From positions 291,051 to 355,050 of the forward strand of contig CAWHUZ010000001.1 of assembly GCA_963832685.1 (NCBI GenBank): a stretch of 64,000 nucleotides of DNA. Direction: 5' to 3'. Position 1 is the first letter of the stretch. The number at the start of each line of letters is the position of its first letter. A program made the position numbers and the translations under genes. Positions 12,718 through 23,319 of the stretch are shown here, piece after piece. The stretch comes from an uncultured beta proteobacterium. Its GTDB lineage: Bacteria; Pseudomonadota; Gammaproteobacteria; Burkholderiales; SG8-39. The notes under the pieces are model-generated. The model was not told where the DNA came from, made no database searches, and saw only the letters and a program-made list of their open reading frames with translations.

Positions 12718-13165
12718 ATGCAGGCAATCTCTCTCGAACGCCCGGGGCTCGCGCAGAACGCCGTTGTCTCATTGCTGACATTCGCCGCGCTCGCGCTGCT
12801 GGCACTGGTGCTGGCGTACTGGACCTGGGCCTGGCTCGCCCCGCGCCCGGAGCCGCGCGCGCAGGCGGCGCTGCACGCGGGCGGCGGGGCGCAAGCCGCG
12901 TACGGCCTGTTCGGCAGCGCGCGACACGGCGCGCGGCGCGCCGACGGGGCTCGCGCTCGAGCTGCTCGGCGTGGTGGCCGCCTCGGGCGACCAGCCGGGC
13001 TACGCGGTGCTGCGGCTGGACGCGAAGCAAAGCGTCGCGGTGCGCGAAGGGGAAGAGATCGAACCGGGCGTTCGCCTGGCGGAGGTCGGCGTGGACGACG
13101 TGGTGCTGGAGCGCGGTGGCGTGCGCGAGACGCTCGCCTGGCCGAAACAGGGCAAACAGGAGTGA
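12718..13165 (+). CDS. gspC: Type II secretion protein C (frameshift near 12930-12950)
   Basis: TM LAYWTW then LELLGVVA...[22 protein letters not shown] in another frame. Confidence 0.75.
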
Positions 13166-13166
13166 C

Positions 13167-15235
13167 ATGCGAATTCGCTGGTTTCGGGCTGCAATCCTGT
13201 CGCTGGCCGCTGGCGGCCTGCGCCGGCCGGGCATGGTCGGCAAACGCCGATCTGGTCACGCTCAACTTCGTCAATGCCGACATCGAGGGCGTGGTCAAGG
13301 CGGTAAGCGAGATCACGGGCAAGAACTTCGTGCTCGATCCGCGCGTCAAGGGCACGCTCAACATCGTCTCGGCAAGGCCGGTACCCAGGTCGCTCGTATA
13401 CGACGTTTTTCTGGCCGCCCTGCGCGTGCATGGCTTCGCGGCGATCGAGGATCGCGGGATCGTTCAGATCGTTCCCGAGGCCGACGCCAAGTTGTACCCG
13501 AGCCCGACCCGCGGCCCGCAGGACAAGGCGCGCGCCGCCGGCGACCGGATCCAGACGCAGGTGTTCACGCTCAAATACGAATCGGCGGCGCAACTGGTGC
13601 CGGTATTGCGCCCGCTGGTGGCGCCCAACAACCCCATCACCGCGTACCCGGCCAGCAACTCGCTGGTGGTGACCGACTATGCCGGCAATCTGGCGCGCAT
13701 CGAGAAGATCATCGACGCGATCGATCAGCCCAGCGGCAGCGAGCCGGTTGTGATTCCGCTTCGCTACGCCTCGGCGCTCGATGTCGCGCTTACGGTCAAC
13801 AAACTGTTTGCGGAGACAACGGCGGCGCGCACTGCGGCGACGGCCAACCCGGCGCAGCAAATGACCGTGGTCGCCGACCCGCGCTCGAACAGCCTGATCG
13901 CGCGTTCCGACGACGCGCAGAAGCTCGCACGCCTGCGCAGCCTGGTCGCCGTGCTGGATTCGCCCACCAGCGCCGCCGGCAACATCCACGTGGTGTACCT
14001 CAAGAACGCGGAGGCGGTGAAAGTCGCCGAAACGCTGCGCGCGATCTACAGCGGCAATGCCGCGCCGGCGGCGCCGGGTGCGAGCGCCGCTGCCGCTTCA
14101 CCCCTGGCGCCGCCCGCGAGCGGCGCCGGCGCCAGCGCCTCGCCGATGAGCGCGTCGTTCAACTCGTCCTCGCGGGCGGCGCCGGAAACCGCGTCCGCGC
14201 CCGGCATCATCCAGGCCGACGCCGCCACCAATTCGATCATCATCAACGCGCCGGACGCGATCTACAACAATCTGCGCGCGGCGCTCGACAAGCTCGACGT
14301 GCGCCGGGCGCAGGTCTACGTCGAGGCGCTGATCGCCGAGATCACCTCCGACAAGGCGGCGGAGTTCGGCATCCAGTGGCAGAACCTCAGCGGCGCGGGC
14401 GCGACCGACTCGAGCGCGCGGGGCTTCGGCGGCACCAATTTCGGCGGCACCGGGCAGAACATGCTCGGCATCTCGCAGAACCCCGCCTCGGCCGGGCAGG
14501 GGCTGAACGTCGGCGTGATCAAGGGCCACGTCACCATTCCCGGGGTGGGCGAGATCCTCAACCTCGGCGTGCTGGTGCGGGCGCTGGAGACCGACAGCAA
14601 CGCCAACATCCTGTCCACGCCGACGCTGCTGACGCTGGACAACGAGGAGGCGAAGCATCGTGATCGGCCAGAACGTGCCGTTCATCACCGGCCAGTACGC
14701 TCTCACCGGCGCGGCCACCACGCCGACGCCGTTCCAGACCATCGAGCGGCACGACGTCGGCCTGACGCTCAGGATCAAGCCGCAGATCTCCGAGGGCGGC
14801 ACGGTGCGGCTGCAGATCTACGAGGAGGTGTCGAGCATCGATCCGACCAGCGTCAACAATGCCGCCGGGCTGATCACCAAGAAGCGCGCGCTCGAATCGA
14901 CGGTGCTGGTCGACGACGGGCAGATCGTCGTCATCGGCGGACTGCTGCAGGACACGGTCACGGACGGCGAGCAGAAGGTCCCGCTGCTGGGCGACATCCC
15001 GCTGCTCGGCGGCCTGTTCCGCTACAAGACGCGCGAGCATGCCAAGACCAACCTGATGCTGTTCCTGCGCCCGGTGGTGCTGCGGGACGCCCGCAGCGCC
15101 GATTCGATCGCCAGCGAGCGCTACGACTACATCCTGGGCGAGCAGCGCAAGTCGAAGCCGGCCCCGAGCGCCGTGCTGCCCGACATGGATCCGCCCACCC
15201 TGCCGCCTTACTCGATGTGGAACCTGCCGCGTTGA
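13167..15235 (+). CDS. gspD: Secretin GspD (frameshifts near 13215 and 14655)
   Basis: [63 protein letters not shown]. Confidence 0.93.
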
Positions 15236-16673
15236 TCCGTCCGCCGGCAACGGTGTCCTACGCCTTCGCCAGGGCGAACGGTGTGGCGGTCACGACGCTC
15301 GACGCCGAGGCGGCGCAAGTCGCGGTGCGCGAGGGCGCTCGCGCGGGCGCGCTGGCCGAGCTGCGCCGCGCGCTCGGCGTCCCTCTGCGTGCGCGGCGCG
15401 TCGGCGCCGAGGAGTTCGACCAGCTGCTGGCCGCGCTGTACAACGGCGCCGACGGCGGCGCGGCGGCGCTTGCCGGCGACCTGGCGCAGGACATCGATCT
15501 GTCCCGACTGCTGCAGGAAATCCCCAAGATCGAGGATCTGCTCGAGAGCCAGGACGACGCGCCGGTCATCCGCCTGATCAACGCGCTGCTGACCCAGGCG
15601 CTGCGCGAGGGCGCCTCCGACATACACATCGAGCCGTTCGAAACGCGCTTGCTGGTGCGCCTGCGCATCGACGGCACTTTGCGCGACCTGATCGAGCCGG
15701 CGCAGGCGCTGCATGCGGCCATCGTGTCGCGGGTCAAGATCATGGCGCAGCTCGACATCGCCGAAAAGCGCCTGCCGCAGGACGGCCGCATCACGCTGCG
15801 CGTGGCGGGCAAGCCGGTCGACGTGCGGGTGTCGACCATCCCCACCGGGCACGGCGAGCGCGTGGTGCTGCGCCTGCTCGACAAGCAGGCCGGGCGGCTC
15901 GACCTGTCCCGCCTGGGGATGGACGAGGCCACGCTCGCGCACATGGACAGGCTGGTCAGCGAGCCGCACGGCATCGTGCTGGTCACCGGCCCGACCGGCT
16001 CGGGCAAGACCACCACGCTTTACGCCGCGCTGGCGCGGCTCGACGCCAGCGCGCTGAACATCATGACGGTCGAGGATCCGATCGAGTACGACCTCGACGG
16101 CATCAGCCAGACCCAGGTCAACACCCGGATCGAGATGAGCTTCGCGCGCGCGCTGCGCACCATCCTGCGCCAGGACCCGGACGTGGTCATGATCGGCGAG
16201 ATCCGCGACCTCGAGACCGCGCAGATCGCGGTGCAGGCGAGCCTCACCGGCCACCTGGTGTTCGCCACGCTGCACACCAACGACGCGGTGAGCGCGGTCA
16301 ACCGCCTGGTCGACATGGGCGTGGAGCCGTTCCTGCTCGCCTCCAGCCTGATCGGCGTGGTGGCGCAGCGCCTGGTGCGCCGGCTGTGCCTCGAATGCCG
16401 CAAGCCGTTCGTGCGCGACGGCACGACGTTCTACGCGCCGCAGGGCTGCGCGGCCTGCAACCGACTCGGGCTATCGCGGCCGCACCGGCATCTACGAGCT
16501 GCTCACGGTCGACGACGAATTGCGCCGGCTGATCCACGACCGCGCCTCGGAGGCGGCGCTGCGCGACGCACGCGCTCGCGCACGGCATGCGCTCGCTGCG
16601 CGACGACGGCATGCGCTGGGCGCAGCAGGGCGTCATCAGCCTGGAAGAAGTGGTGCGCGTGACGCGCGAATAG
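15217..16673 (+). CDS. gspE: T2SS ATPase GspE (frameshifts near 3' end; start approximate)
   Basis: [45 protein letters not shown], CxxC. Confidence 0.95.
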
Positions 16674-16681
16674 CGGCTGCC

Positions 16682-17887
16682 ATGGAAGCATTCCAATACG
16701 AAGCGCTGGACGCGGCCGGGCGCACGGTATCGGGCGTGGTTCAGGCCGACACCGCGCGCCAGGCGCGCGCGCAGTTGCGCGCGCAGGGGCTGCTGCCCTC
16801 GGCGGTCGAACAGGTACGCGCGCGCGAGCGCGCGCGCCAGGCGTGGGCGCGCGGCCTTTCGTCGGCCGAGCTGAGCCTGCTGACGCGGCAGATGGCGACC
16901 CTGCTGGCCTCCGGGCTGACCATGGAGCAGTCGCTCAACGCGCTGATCGAGGAGGCCTCCGAGCCGTTGACGCGCGAGGTGCTGGCCGGGGTGAAGACCG
17001 AAGTGACCGCCGGCAGTTCGCTCGCCGGCGCGCTGGGCGCTACGACAGGAGCTTTCCCGACTTCTACCGCGCGCTGGTGCACGGCGGCGAGGAGTCGGGC
17101 GCGCTGCCGACGGTATTGCAGCATCTGGCCGACTATCTCGACGCGCGCCAGGCGCTGAAGCAGAAAACCAACCTCGCGCTGCTGTACCCCATCCTGGTCA
17201 CGCAGCGTCGCCGTGATGATCGTCACCGGACTGCTGGTGTACGTCGTGCCGCAGGTGGTGCAGGTATTCCAGCAGTCGCGCCAGAGCCTGCCGTTGCTTA
17301 CCCGCGCGCTGATCGCGCTGAGCGACTTCCTGCGCGCGAGCTGGCCTTATCTGCTCGCGCTTCTGGTCGGTGCCGCCGCGGCCGCCCGCATGGCGCTGCG
17401 CCGCCCGGCCGCGAGGCGCGGCTGGCACGCCCTGCTGCTGCGCATGCCCTGGCTCGGAGCGCTGGTCCGCGGCGTCAACACCTCGCGCTTCGCCAGCACG
17501 CTTGCCATTCTGGTCGGCGGCGGCGTGCCGCTGCTGGCCGCGCTCGATTCCGGCGCGCGCGTGATGAGCAACATGGTGATGCGCGCAGCCGTCGAGCGCG
17601 CGATCGAGCGGGTGCGCGAGGGCGCGAGCCTGGCGCGCGCGCTGGGCGAGACGCGCGCGTTTCCGCCGCTGCTGGTGCACCTGGTGGCGAGCGGCGAGGC
17701 GAGCGGCAAGCTGGAGCAGATGCTCGAGCGCGCCGCGCGCCTGGAGACCCAGGCGCTCGAGCGGCGCCTGGGCGTGTTCCTGACCCTGCTCGAGCCGGTC
17801 ATGATCCTGGTGATGGGCGGAATAGTGCTGATGATCGTGCTCGCGATCCTGCTGCCGATCATCGAAATCAACCAGTTGGTGCGCTGA
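16682..17887 (+). CDS. gspF: T2SS inner membrane protein GspF (frameshifts near 17040 and 17205)
   Basis: F.YEALD..G, TRQMATLL.SG, GEESG.L, ALLYP, GEASGKL, LLEP. Confidence 0.92.
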
Positions 17888-17932
17888 GCGGCCGACGCCC
17901 GTCGCTTGCCGCCCGGTTGCGCTGCACTATTA

Positions 17933-17948
17933 GGTGCGCTATCGTACC
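17933..17948. promoter_or_regulatory. Box GGTGCG-CTAT-CGTACC upstream of Crp paralog 1 (possible autoregulation)
   Basis: Palindromic variant; no -10 hexamer at the class II spacing. Confidence 0.6.
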
Positions 17949-18008
17949 TAGGCGTTCTGGGCCGTTCGATCGGCGGCCCGCGCTAACCAATATCGCGGGG
18001 GGGGGGGC

Positions 18009-18767
18009 GTGCCCACCATTCCTACGACTACAAGCCAAACCCGTCACGCAAAGCCGTCGCCGCTGCAGAACCACCTGCTTACTGCGCTGCCGCCAGCCGA
18101 TTACGAGCGCATGCTGCCGCAGCTGGAAGCGACATCATTGAAGCTCGGCAGCGCGCTGTACGAATCCGGCAGCCCGCAGGGTTACGTGTATTTTCCCACC
18201 GCCAGCATCGTGTCGCTGCTGTACGTGATGGAAGACGGGTCCTCGGCGGAAATCGCGGTCGTGGGCAATGAGGGCGTGGTGGGCCTGGCGCTTTTCATGG
18301 GCGGCGAGACCACCCCGAGCCGCGCGGTGGTGCAAAGCGCCGGCGAAGCCTACCGGCTCAGGGCGGGCGTTCTGAAATCCGAATTCAGCCGGGGCGGGGA
18401 ACTGCAGCACCTGCTGCTGCGCTACACCCAGGCCCTGATCACGCAGATGGCGCAGACCGCGGTCTGCAACCGGCACCACTCGGTCGAGCAGCAGCTGTGC
18501 CGTTGGCTGTTGCTGAGCCTGGACCGGCTGCCCACCAACGAGCTGAGCATGACTCAGGAGTTGATCGCCAATATGCTGGGGGTGCGCCGCGAGGGCGTGA
18601 CCGAGGCGGCCGGCAAGCTGCAGGAGGCGGGGCTGGTGCGCTACAGCCGCGGCAGGATCACCGTGCTCGACCGTCCGAAACTGGAAGCACGGGTTTGCGA
18701 GTGCTACTCCGTGGTGAAGCGCGAATACGACCGCTTGCTGGTCGGGATCGGGGCCGCCGCGGCCTAG
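18009..18767 (+). CDS. Crp/Fnr-family regulator, paralog 1
   Basis: NHLL.ALP, VGNEGVVG, CNRHH.VEQ.LCRWLL, HTH TQELIANMLGVRREGVTEAA, C-term CECY. Confidence 0.93.
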   Translation: MPTIPTTTSQTRHAKPSPLQNHLLTALPPADYERMLPQLEATSLKLGSALYESGSPQGYVYFPTASIVSLLYVMEDGSSAEIAVVGNEGVVGLALFMGGETTPSRAVVQSAGEAYRLRAGVLKSEFSRGGELQHLLLRYTQALITQMAQTAVCNRHHSVEQQLCRWLLLSLDRLPTNELSMTQELIANMLGVRREGVTEAAGKLQEAGLVRYSRGRITVLDRPKLEARVCECYSVVKREYDRLLVGIGAAAA

Positions 18768-18806
18768 ACTTTCGTCGTCAAGGCGCGACGGCCCGACTAG
18801 GCGGCG

Positions 18807-19964
18807 CTACTTGGTGCCGGAGACGTCGACTTCCACCCGGCGATCGGGCTGCAGGCAGGCGATCAGCTTCCTGGTCACCTTGGTGCCCTTGCAATCGCCG
18901 GGCTTGGTCACCGGATCCGTTTCGCCTACGCCCCTGGTCGTGATCTTGTCGGCCGGGATCCCGCCGGATTGCACCAGATAGTCCTTGACCGCGTCGGCGC
19001 GGCGCTGGGAAAGCTTCATGTTGGCCGCGTTGGAGCCGATGCGGTCGGTGTGGCCGACGACCGTGATGAACGCGTAGTCGACGTTGCGCAGATCCGCCGC
19101 GAGCTCATCGAGAGCCTGCTTGCCCTTCGGCCTCACGGTTGCCTTGCCAAAGTCGTACAGGGAATCCGACGAGAAAGTGACCCTCTTCAGCACGACCGGC
19201 GCGGCAGGCGGCGGCGGCGGCGCGGGCTGCGGCGCTGCCGCTACCGGCTCCGGCGCGGGCGCGGGCGCCGGCACAGGCTCAGGGGCAGCGGCCATGGGCG
19301 CGGGCGCCGGGGCCGGCGCTTTGCCGCCGAAGCCGAACACCAGGCCCACCGAGACGAGGTCGATGTCGCCCTTGTTACCCACGGCGTCGTTGACCCGGTA
19401 GCGCTCGGCCTCGACGCGCAGGGCGAGCGATCGGCTGAAATCGTACTGCAGTCCGAGGCCGTACTTGTAGTTCGCCTCGCGTTTCTTGGGATTTGGATTC
19501 AGCACGCTGACGGCTCCGGTGCCGGCGAACTCGTCCTTGGCGTCGGCGTAGTCCACGCCCAGCCGGCCCAGGACCGAAAACTTTTCGCTCAGCGGCAGAA
19601 TACCTACCGCGTCCAGATTCAGGCCCTTGAACTTGGCGTTGCCGGTCAGCGTTCCGGTCGGCACCGTGGTGGCCGTGAAACCGAATTTGCCGAGATCGAA
19701 ATAGCCGCCTTCGAGGGCGAAATTGCGGCTGAACCGATAGCCGCCGAAAAACTTGTAGCCGCTATCGCGGTCGTCATCGGCGATCGAGCTCGTGAGACCC
19801 GCTCCCAGCAGCTGGGAGGTGATCCGCGCGTCGTCGATCTTGGCTTTCGACTGGCCGACGCTGAGCCCGCCGTACCAGCCGTAATCGTCCGCGGCTGCGA
19901 ATGGGCTGACCACCATGGCGAGTGCCGCCAGACCGAGTATCCCTGAGGCGCGTGCTAATTTCAT
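18807..19964 (-). CDS. OmpA-family protein (beta-barrel, Pro/Ala linker, peptidoglycan-binding domain)
   Basis: Signal peptide, WYGGLSVG, GHTDRIGS..N..LS..RA, C...ACLQPDRRVE. Confidence 0.92.
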   Translation of the reverse strand: MKLARASGILGLAALAMVVSPFAAADDYGWYGGLSVGQSKAKIDDARITSQLLGAGLTSSIADDDRDSGYKFFGGYRFSRNFALEGGYFDLGKFGFTATTVPTGTLTGNAKFKGLNLDAVGILPLSEKFSVLGRLGVDYADAKDEFAGTGAVSVLNPNPKKREANYKYGLGLQYDFSRSLALRVEAERYRVNDAVGNKGDIDLVSVGLVFGFGGKAPAPAPAPMAAAPEPVPAPAPAPEPVAAAPQPAPPPPPAAPVVLKRVTFSSDSLYDFGKATVRPKGKQALDELAADLRNVDYAFITVVGHTDRIGSNAANMKLSQRRADAVKDYLVQSGGIPADKITTRGVGETDPVTKPGDCKGTKVTRKLIACLQPDRRVEVDVSGTK

Positions 19965-20002
19965 GTTCTTCTCCAGAAGGACTTACCGTCCCTAGTCATG
20001 CC

Positions 20003-20926
20003 TTACTGGCAACCAACCGGTGCATTCGGATGCCCCGGAACTGAAACCACATTGGTGTCAAATACGAACGCGCCGGCCGCTGCGGCCCCGGACAACAGCC
20101 GGCCGCAGGAAGTCGCGAGGTTTTGCATCGTGATCGATGCAGAAGCCAGAACGTTACCTTGGAAGGTGGCGTTGGTGAACAGAGTCGCCGAACTGCCGAC
20201 GTACCACCAAACGTTGGACGCCTTGGCGCCGTTCGCCAGCACAATGGTGGCGCCGACATTTACGTTGAGCGCGGAAGGTGCCTGGAATACCCAGACCGCA
20301 TTGGCATCGCCTGCCGCGTCGAGCGTCAGAGTCCCCGTCACGCCGATCGTCGAGCTGGTGGCGGAAATGTAGGTGCCGGGGGGGAGCGTGGCGTTGCCTG
20401 CGCAACCGATGCCCAAGCCTGCGCCGCCGGCGGTTCCTATGGTTCCGCATCCCAGAACGGTGGCCCCGGGCCGATTCGCGGGGCTGAGTTTGATCCACTC
20501 GGCGTTCAGTTTGGCCATCACGGCGTCGGCCGTGGTCGTGTCCGGAAAGATCTGAGTAATGACAATATCTCCGGCATTATTCGTGATGGTATTCGGTGCC
20601 GCTGCGGCATTGCAACCCAGACCAAAATCATTTCCAGCGCCGACCGCAACGGTGTTGCACGTCTGGTTGGGATCCAGCACCACGTCTCCGTTGACTGTGG
20701 TACCACCGACGTCGGTGATCCCCCCGGCTGACGCGATGCCGAAGGGGGCGAGGATTCCAAGGGCCGCCGCCGATGTACCTCCCCCCAGGGGATTGGTACC
20801 GCTGCCTCCCCCGCCTATACCCAGGATCGGATCTCTATTGCCGCTTCCGCAGCCGGCCACGAATGCCAACAGCAGCAATGCCGCGAACCCCGTCGACAAT
20901 TTTGAATAGCTCTTGGACTGGTTCAT
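20003..20926 (-). CDS. DUF3494 ice-binding-like lipoprotein
   Basis: Lipobox VAGC, RDPILG, LPPGTY, TLTLDA.GDANAVWVFQ, NGAKASNVWW.VGSSATL, FQGNVLA. Confidence 0.87.
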   Translation of the reverse strand: MNQSKSYSKLSTGFAALLLLAFVAGCGSGNRDPILGIGGGGSGTNPLGGGTSAAALGILAPFGIASAGGITDVGGTTVNGDVVLDPNQTCNTVAVGAGNDFGLGCNAAAAPNTITNNAGDIVITQIFPDTTTADAVMAKLNAEWIKLSPANRPGATVLGCGTIGTAGGAGLGIGCAGNATLPPGTYISATSSTIGVTGTLTLDAAGDANAVWVFQAPSALNVNVGATIVLANGAKASNVWWYVGSSATLFTNATFQGNVLASASITMQNLATSCGRLLSGAAAAGAFVFDTNVVSVPGHPNAPVGCQ

Positions 20927-21026
20927 TTTCTTCCCCGCTTCATCTGATTCGGAAATTTGGCTGCCTGACCCGCCGCTGCGCCTCAACGCCCGCATTCGCA
21001 GTGTTGCAGTCAGGCGTGGGGTCTTC

Positions 21027-21072
21027 TGTGCGCTGGGGCACATAGAATCGGGTATTTGTGCGATTGCGTACG
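21027..21072. promoter_or_regulatory. Two boxes: TGTGCG-CTGG-GGCACA (21027-21042) and TGTGCG-ATTG-CGTACG (21057-21072)
   Basis: Tandem boxes 30 bp apart upstream of DUF3494-ompA; AACACT (minus, 21005-21000). Confidence 0.72.
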
Positions 21073-21108
21073 CACGGCGAATGGGCGCCCCGCCGTTGCG
21101 GTGGGAAG

Positions 21109-22215
21109 CTATCGGTCGCCGCGGAAGACGCTTGGGACGACCGCGTACATGATGACCGCGGCCCGCCCGCCGTCGGCGTCGGGCATCGGCCCGGCGTCGA
21201 CCCGCTGGTTCCTGGCCGCGAGCGTCTTTATCAATCCGTCCAGCCCGAGATCGCGCACGGTCTGGGCGAAGCTCGAGCGATAGGTCGTGACCAGGCTGAT
21301 GCCGCCGATTTTGATGTCGTACACCTTCCAGCCCGCCGTCGTCATCTCCATGTTGTAGTCGACGCTGATGCGTGCGCTTCCGGACTGGCTCACGGTCGAC
21401 TTGACCGTGACCTCGGTTGTGCCGGACGCCATCCGCAGCGGCTCGTACTCGATCACCTGATGGCGATAACTCGCCAACGCCGAGGAGTAGGTGCGCACCA
21501 GCAGCGTCTTGAACTCGGCGCTGAGCGAGTCCTGCTGACCGGGCGAGGCGAGGCGCCAGTTGCGCGCCACGGCAAGCCGGGTCATGTGGCGGAAGTCGAA
21601 CAGCGGCAAAAGGGTCGATTCAACCAGTTCGGCAATCTTCGCCGTACTGCCGGTGCCCAGCTCGTTGTCGCGCCCGAGGTTGTCGGTCACCACCAGTGTC
21701 GCCGCGCTCAGCAGCGCGTCCGGCGCTGTCGGCACGGCAACTGCCCTCGGCGGCGGACTTGCGTCCACCAGCACCAGATTGCGTACGCCGCGCGCGAGCG
21801 CTTTGCCCGCAGGCAGCATCAGGTAAGGGCCGGATTCTTCGGCGCTGAGCCCGTAGGTGAAGCTCAGCGCGCCCCGGCTCGAGCTGCCGCTGCCGTAGCC
21901 GCGCACCAGGCTCAGGCGCTTGAACTGCAGCGTCGCGGTGCTGCCGTCGCTGCAGCGCAGGTCCCCCTTGCCGGTGCCGCCGTGCTCGGCGCTGGAAGTG
22001 AACTCCCCGCGGCAGCCGACTTCGGGGCGGGCCTGCGACTTGATCGCGATCGTTCCGGATCCGTCCAGATTGCCTTCAGCTTCGCCCAGGTACAGGTCCC
22101 CGGCGAGGATCGCGATGACCGGACCGGTGCTGGAAAAAAGTCCCGCGCATGCGGGACTGGCCCATGCCGCGAGTACGGCGAGGGCTGCGACACCCGTGAG
22201 CAGCAAGCTGCGCAT
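21109..22215 (-). CDS. Periplasmic protein: unknown N-terminal domain fused to MlaC/Ttg2D-like domain
   Basis: C-half LPLFDFRHMTRLAVARNWR.AS..QQ..L..EFKTLLVRTYSSAL, WKVYDI.IGGISLVTTYRSSF. Confidence 0.8.
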   Translation of the reverse strand: MRSLLLTGVAALAVLAAWASPACAGLFSSTGPVIAILAGDLYLGEAEGNLDGSGTIAIKSQARPEVGCRGEFTSSAEHGGTGKGDLRCSDGSTATLQFKRLSLVRGYGSGSSSRGALSFTYGLSAEESGPYLMLPAGKALARGVRNLVLVDASPPPRAVAVPTAPDALLSAATLVVTDNLGRDNELGTGSTAKIAELVESTLLPLFDFRHMTRLAVARNWRLASPGQQDSLSAEFKTLLVRTYSSALASYRHQVIEYEPLRMASGTTEVTVKSTVSQSGSARISVDYNMEMTTAGWKVYDIKIGGISLVTTYRSSFAQTVRDLGLDGLIKTLAARNQRVDAGPMPDADGGRAAVIMYAVVPSVFRGDR

Positions 22216-22270
22216 CGAACACGACCTCGTTCAGCGGTGGCTCGATTATCGTCATCGATGCGCGGCGCGC

Positions 22271-22286
22271 TGTGCGTTGGCGCACA
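22271..22286. promoter_or_regulatory. Perfect box TGTGCG-TTGG-CGCACA; bidirectional promoter
   Basis: TATTGT (plus, 22308-22313) and GATAAT (minus, 22250-22245). Confidence 0.8.
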
Positions 22287-22355
22287 GAGCAATTCGAGGC
22301 GCGAGGATATTGTCGCCAAAGTTTGGTCCTTTATCGAACCGCAAAGGAAGCCGCA

Positions 22356-22505
22356 ATGAACATCACCTTGACGCTGGCGCCCCTGATTTCCCTGATCGCA
22401 GGCGTGCTTATCCTGGTCGTGCCCCGGCTGCTGAACTACATCGTCGCGGCTTACCTGATCGTGGTCGGATTGCTCGGCCTGTTCGGCGGCGTGCACCTGC
22501 GCTGA
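22356..22505 (+). CDS. DUF3096-like small membrane protein
   Basis: PLISLIAGVLIL..PRLLNYIVA.YLI; RBS AAGGAAG. Confidence 0.85.
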   Translation: MNITLTLAPLISLIAGVLILVVPRLLNYIVAAYLIVVGLLGLFGGVHLR

Positions 22506-22520
22506 GCCGGGCCGGCGCGC

Positions 22521-23039
22521 CTACTTCCTGAGCGGCATGCTGAAGTAGAAGCCGAACACCGCGAACTGGTTGTACTCCCGGTAGCGGGGCGCGTACATTG
22601 CGTTCAGCGTCACCGGGCCGAGGTCGTAGCTGACGATCGGCAGCGGCGCGACGAAGAATCTGCCGTGGTTGTAGGTCGGGCTGTAGAGGCCCACCAGCGC
22701 GCCGCCCAGCCTCCAGCGCTCGCCCAGCTTGTACTGGTAGCCTACCCCCGCCAGCTTCGCAATGCGGCTCCCCGAGTCGCGGTAGAACCCCGCTTCGACG
22801 AATCCCTCGCCGCGCGCGTCGTCGTAAAAGGCGTAGTTGAGCCCGAGCCCGAGGTTGATCTGGTTGTTCAATCCGCTGCGGCGGACTCCCCTTTGATCGG
22901 TGTGGTACGAGAATCCGTAGAGATGGAGGTTCAGATTGGGTCCGGGCTCTGCGCCGACGTCGGCTGAGGCGACGTTGTATCCGCCCAATGCCAGGGCGAG
23001 CGCAAGGCGCGGCAGCCATCCGTTCGCGAGGCTTTTCAC
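22521..23039 (-). CDS. Small exported beta-barrel-like protein (possibly PagP-like fold)
   Basis: Signal peptide, SYH...NQINLGLG, GFYRDS, alternating aromatics, terminal FGFYFS. Confidence 0.6.
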   Translation of the reverse strand: MKSLANGWLPRLALALALGGYNVASADVGAEPGPNLNLHLYGFSYHTDQRGVRRSGLNNQINLGLGLNYAFYDDARGEGFVEAGFYRDSGSRIAKLAGVGYQYKLGERWRLGGALVGLYSPTYNHGRFFVAPLPIVSYDLGPVTLNAMYAPRYREYNQFAVFGFYFSMPLRK

Positions 23040-23125
23040 TTGGTTTTCGCCTTCGGCGCGCCGTGTCTTGGAGCAGGGCGCGAGTATGTTCCCGCGCGCG
23101 CGCCGCCACAACGTACGATTTGGTC

Positions 23126-23193
23126 TGTGCGCCAACGCACTTAGGCGCGCGCAATTTTTCCGCGTAGCACGGCGCTATGTGCGCCAGCACACA
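23126..23193. promoter_or_regulatory. Two boxes: TGTGCG-CCAA-CGCACT (23126-23141) and TGTGCG-CCAG-CACACA (23178-23193)
   Basis: Near-consensus boxes in a divergent intergenic region. Confidence 0.7.
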
Positions 23194-23319
23194 GACCCAA
23201 CTCGCCAGTTGTGATCACGGGGGCGAGGCGGCATACTCGGTTCGGAGCGGCAACCCGCGGGAACAAAGCGGGAGCCGGGTGCGACGTGGAGGGAAGTCAT
23301 CAAACCGTACTACGCAGGC

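Noticed and set aside
12718-16662. 1314-aa GspC-D-E fusion ORF
   Set aside because: Artefact of indels joining three genes; the intervening segments are off-frame nonsense.
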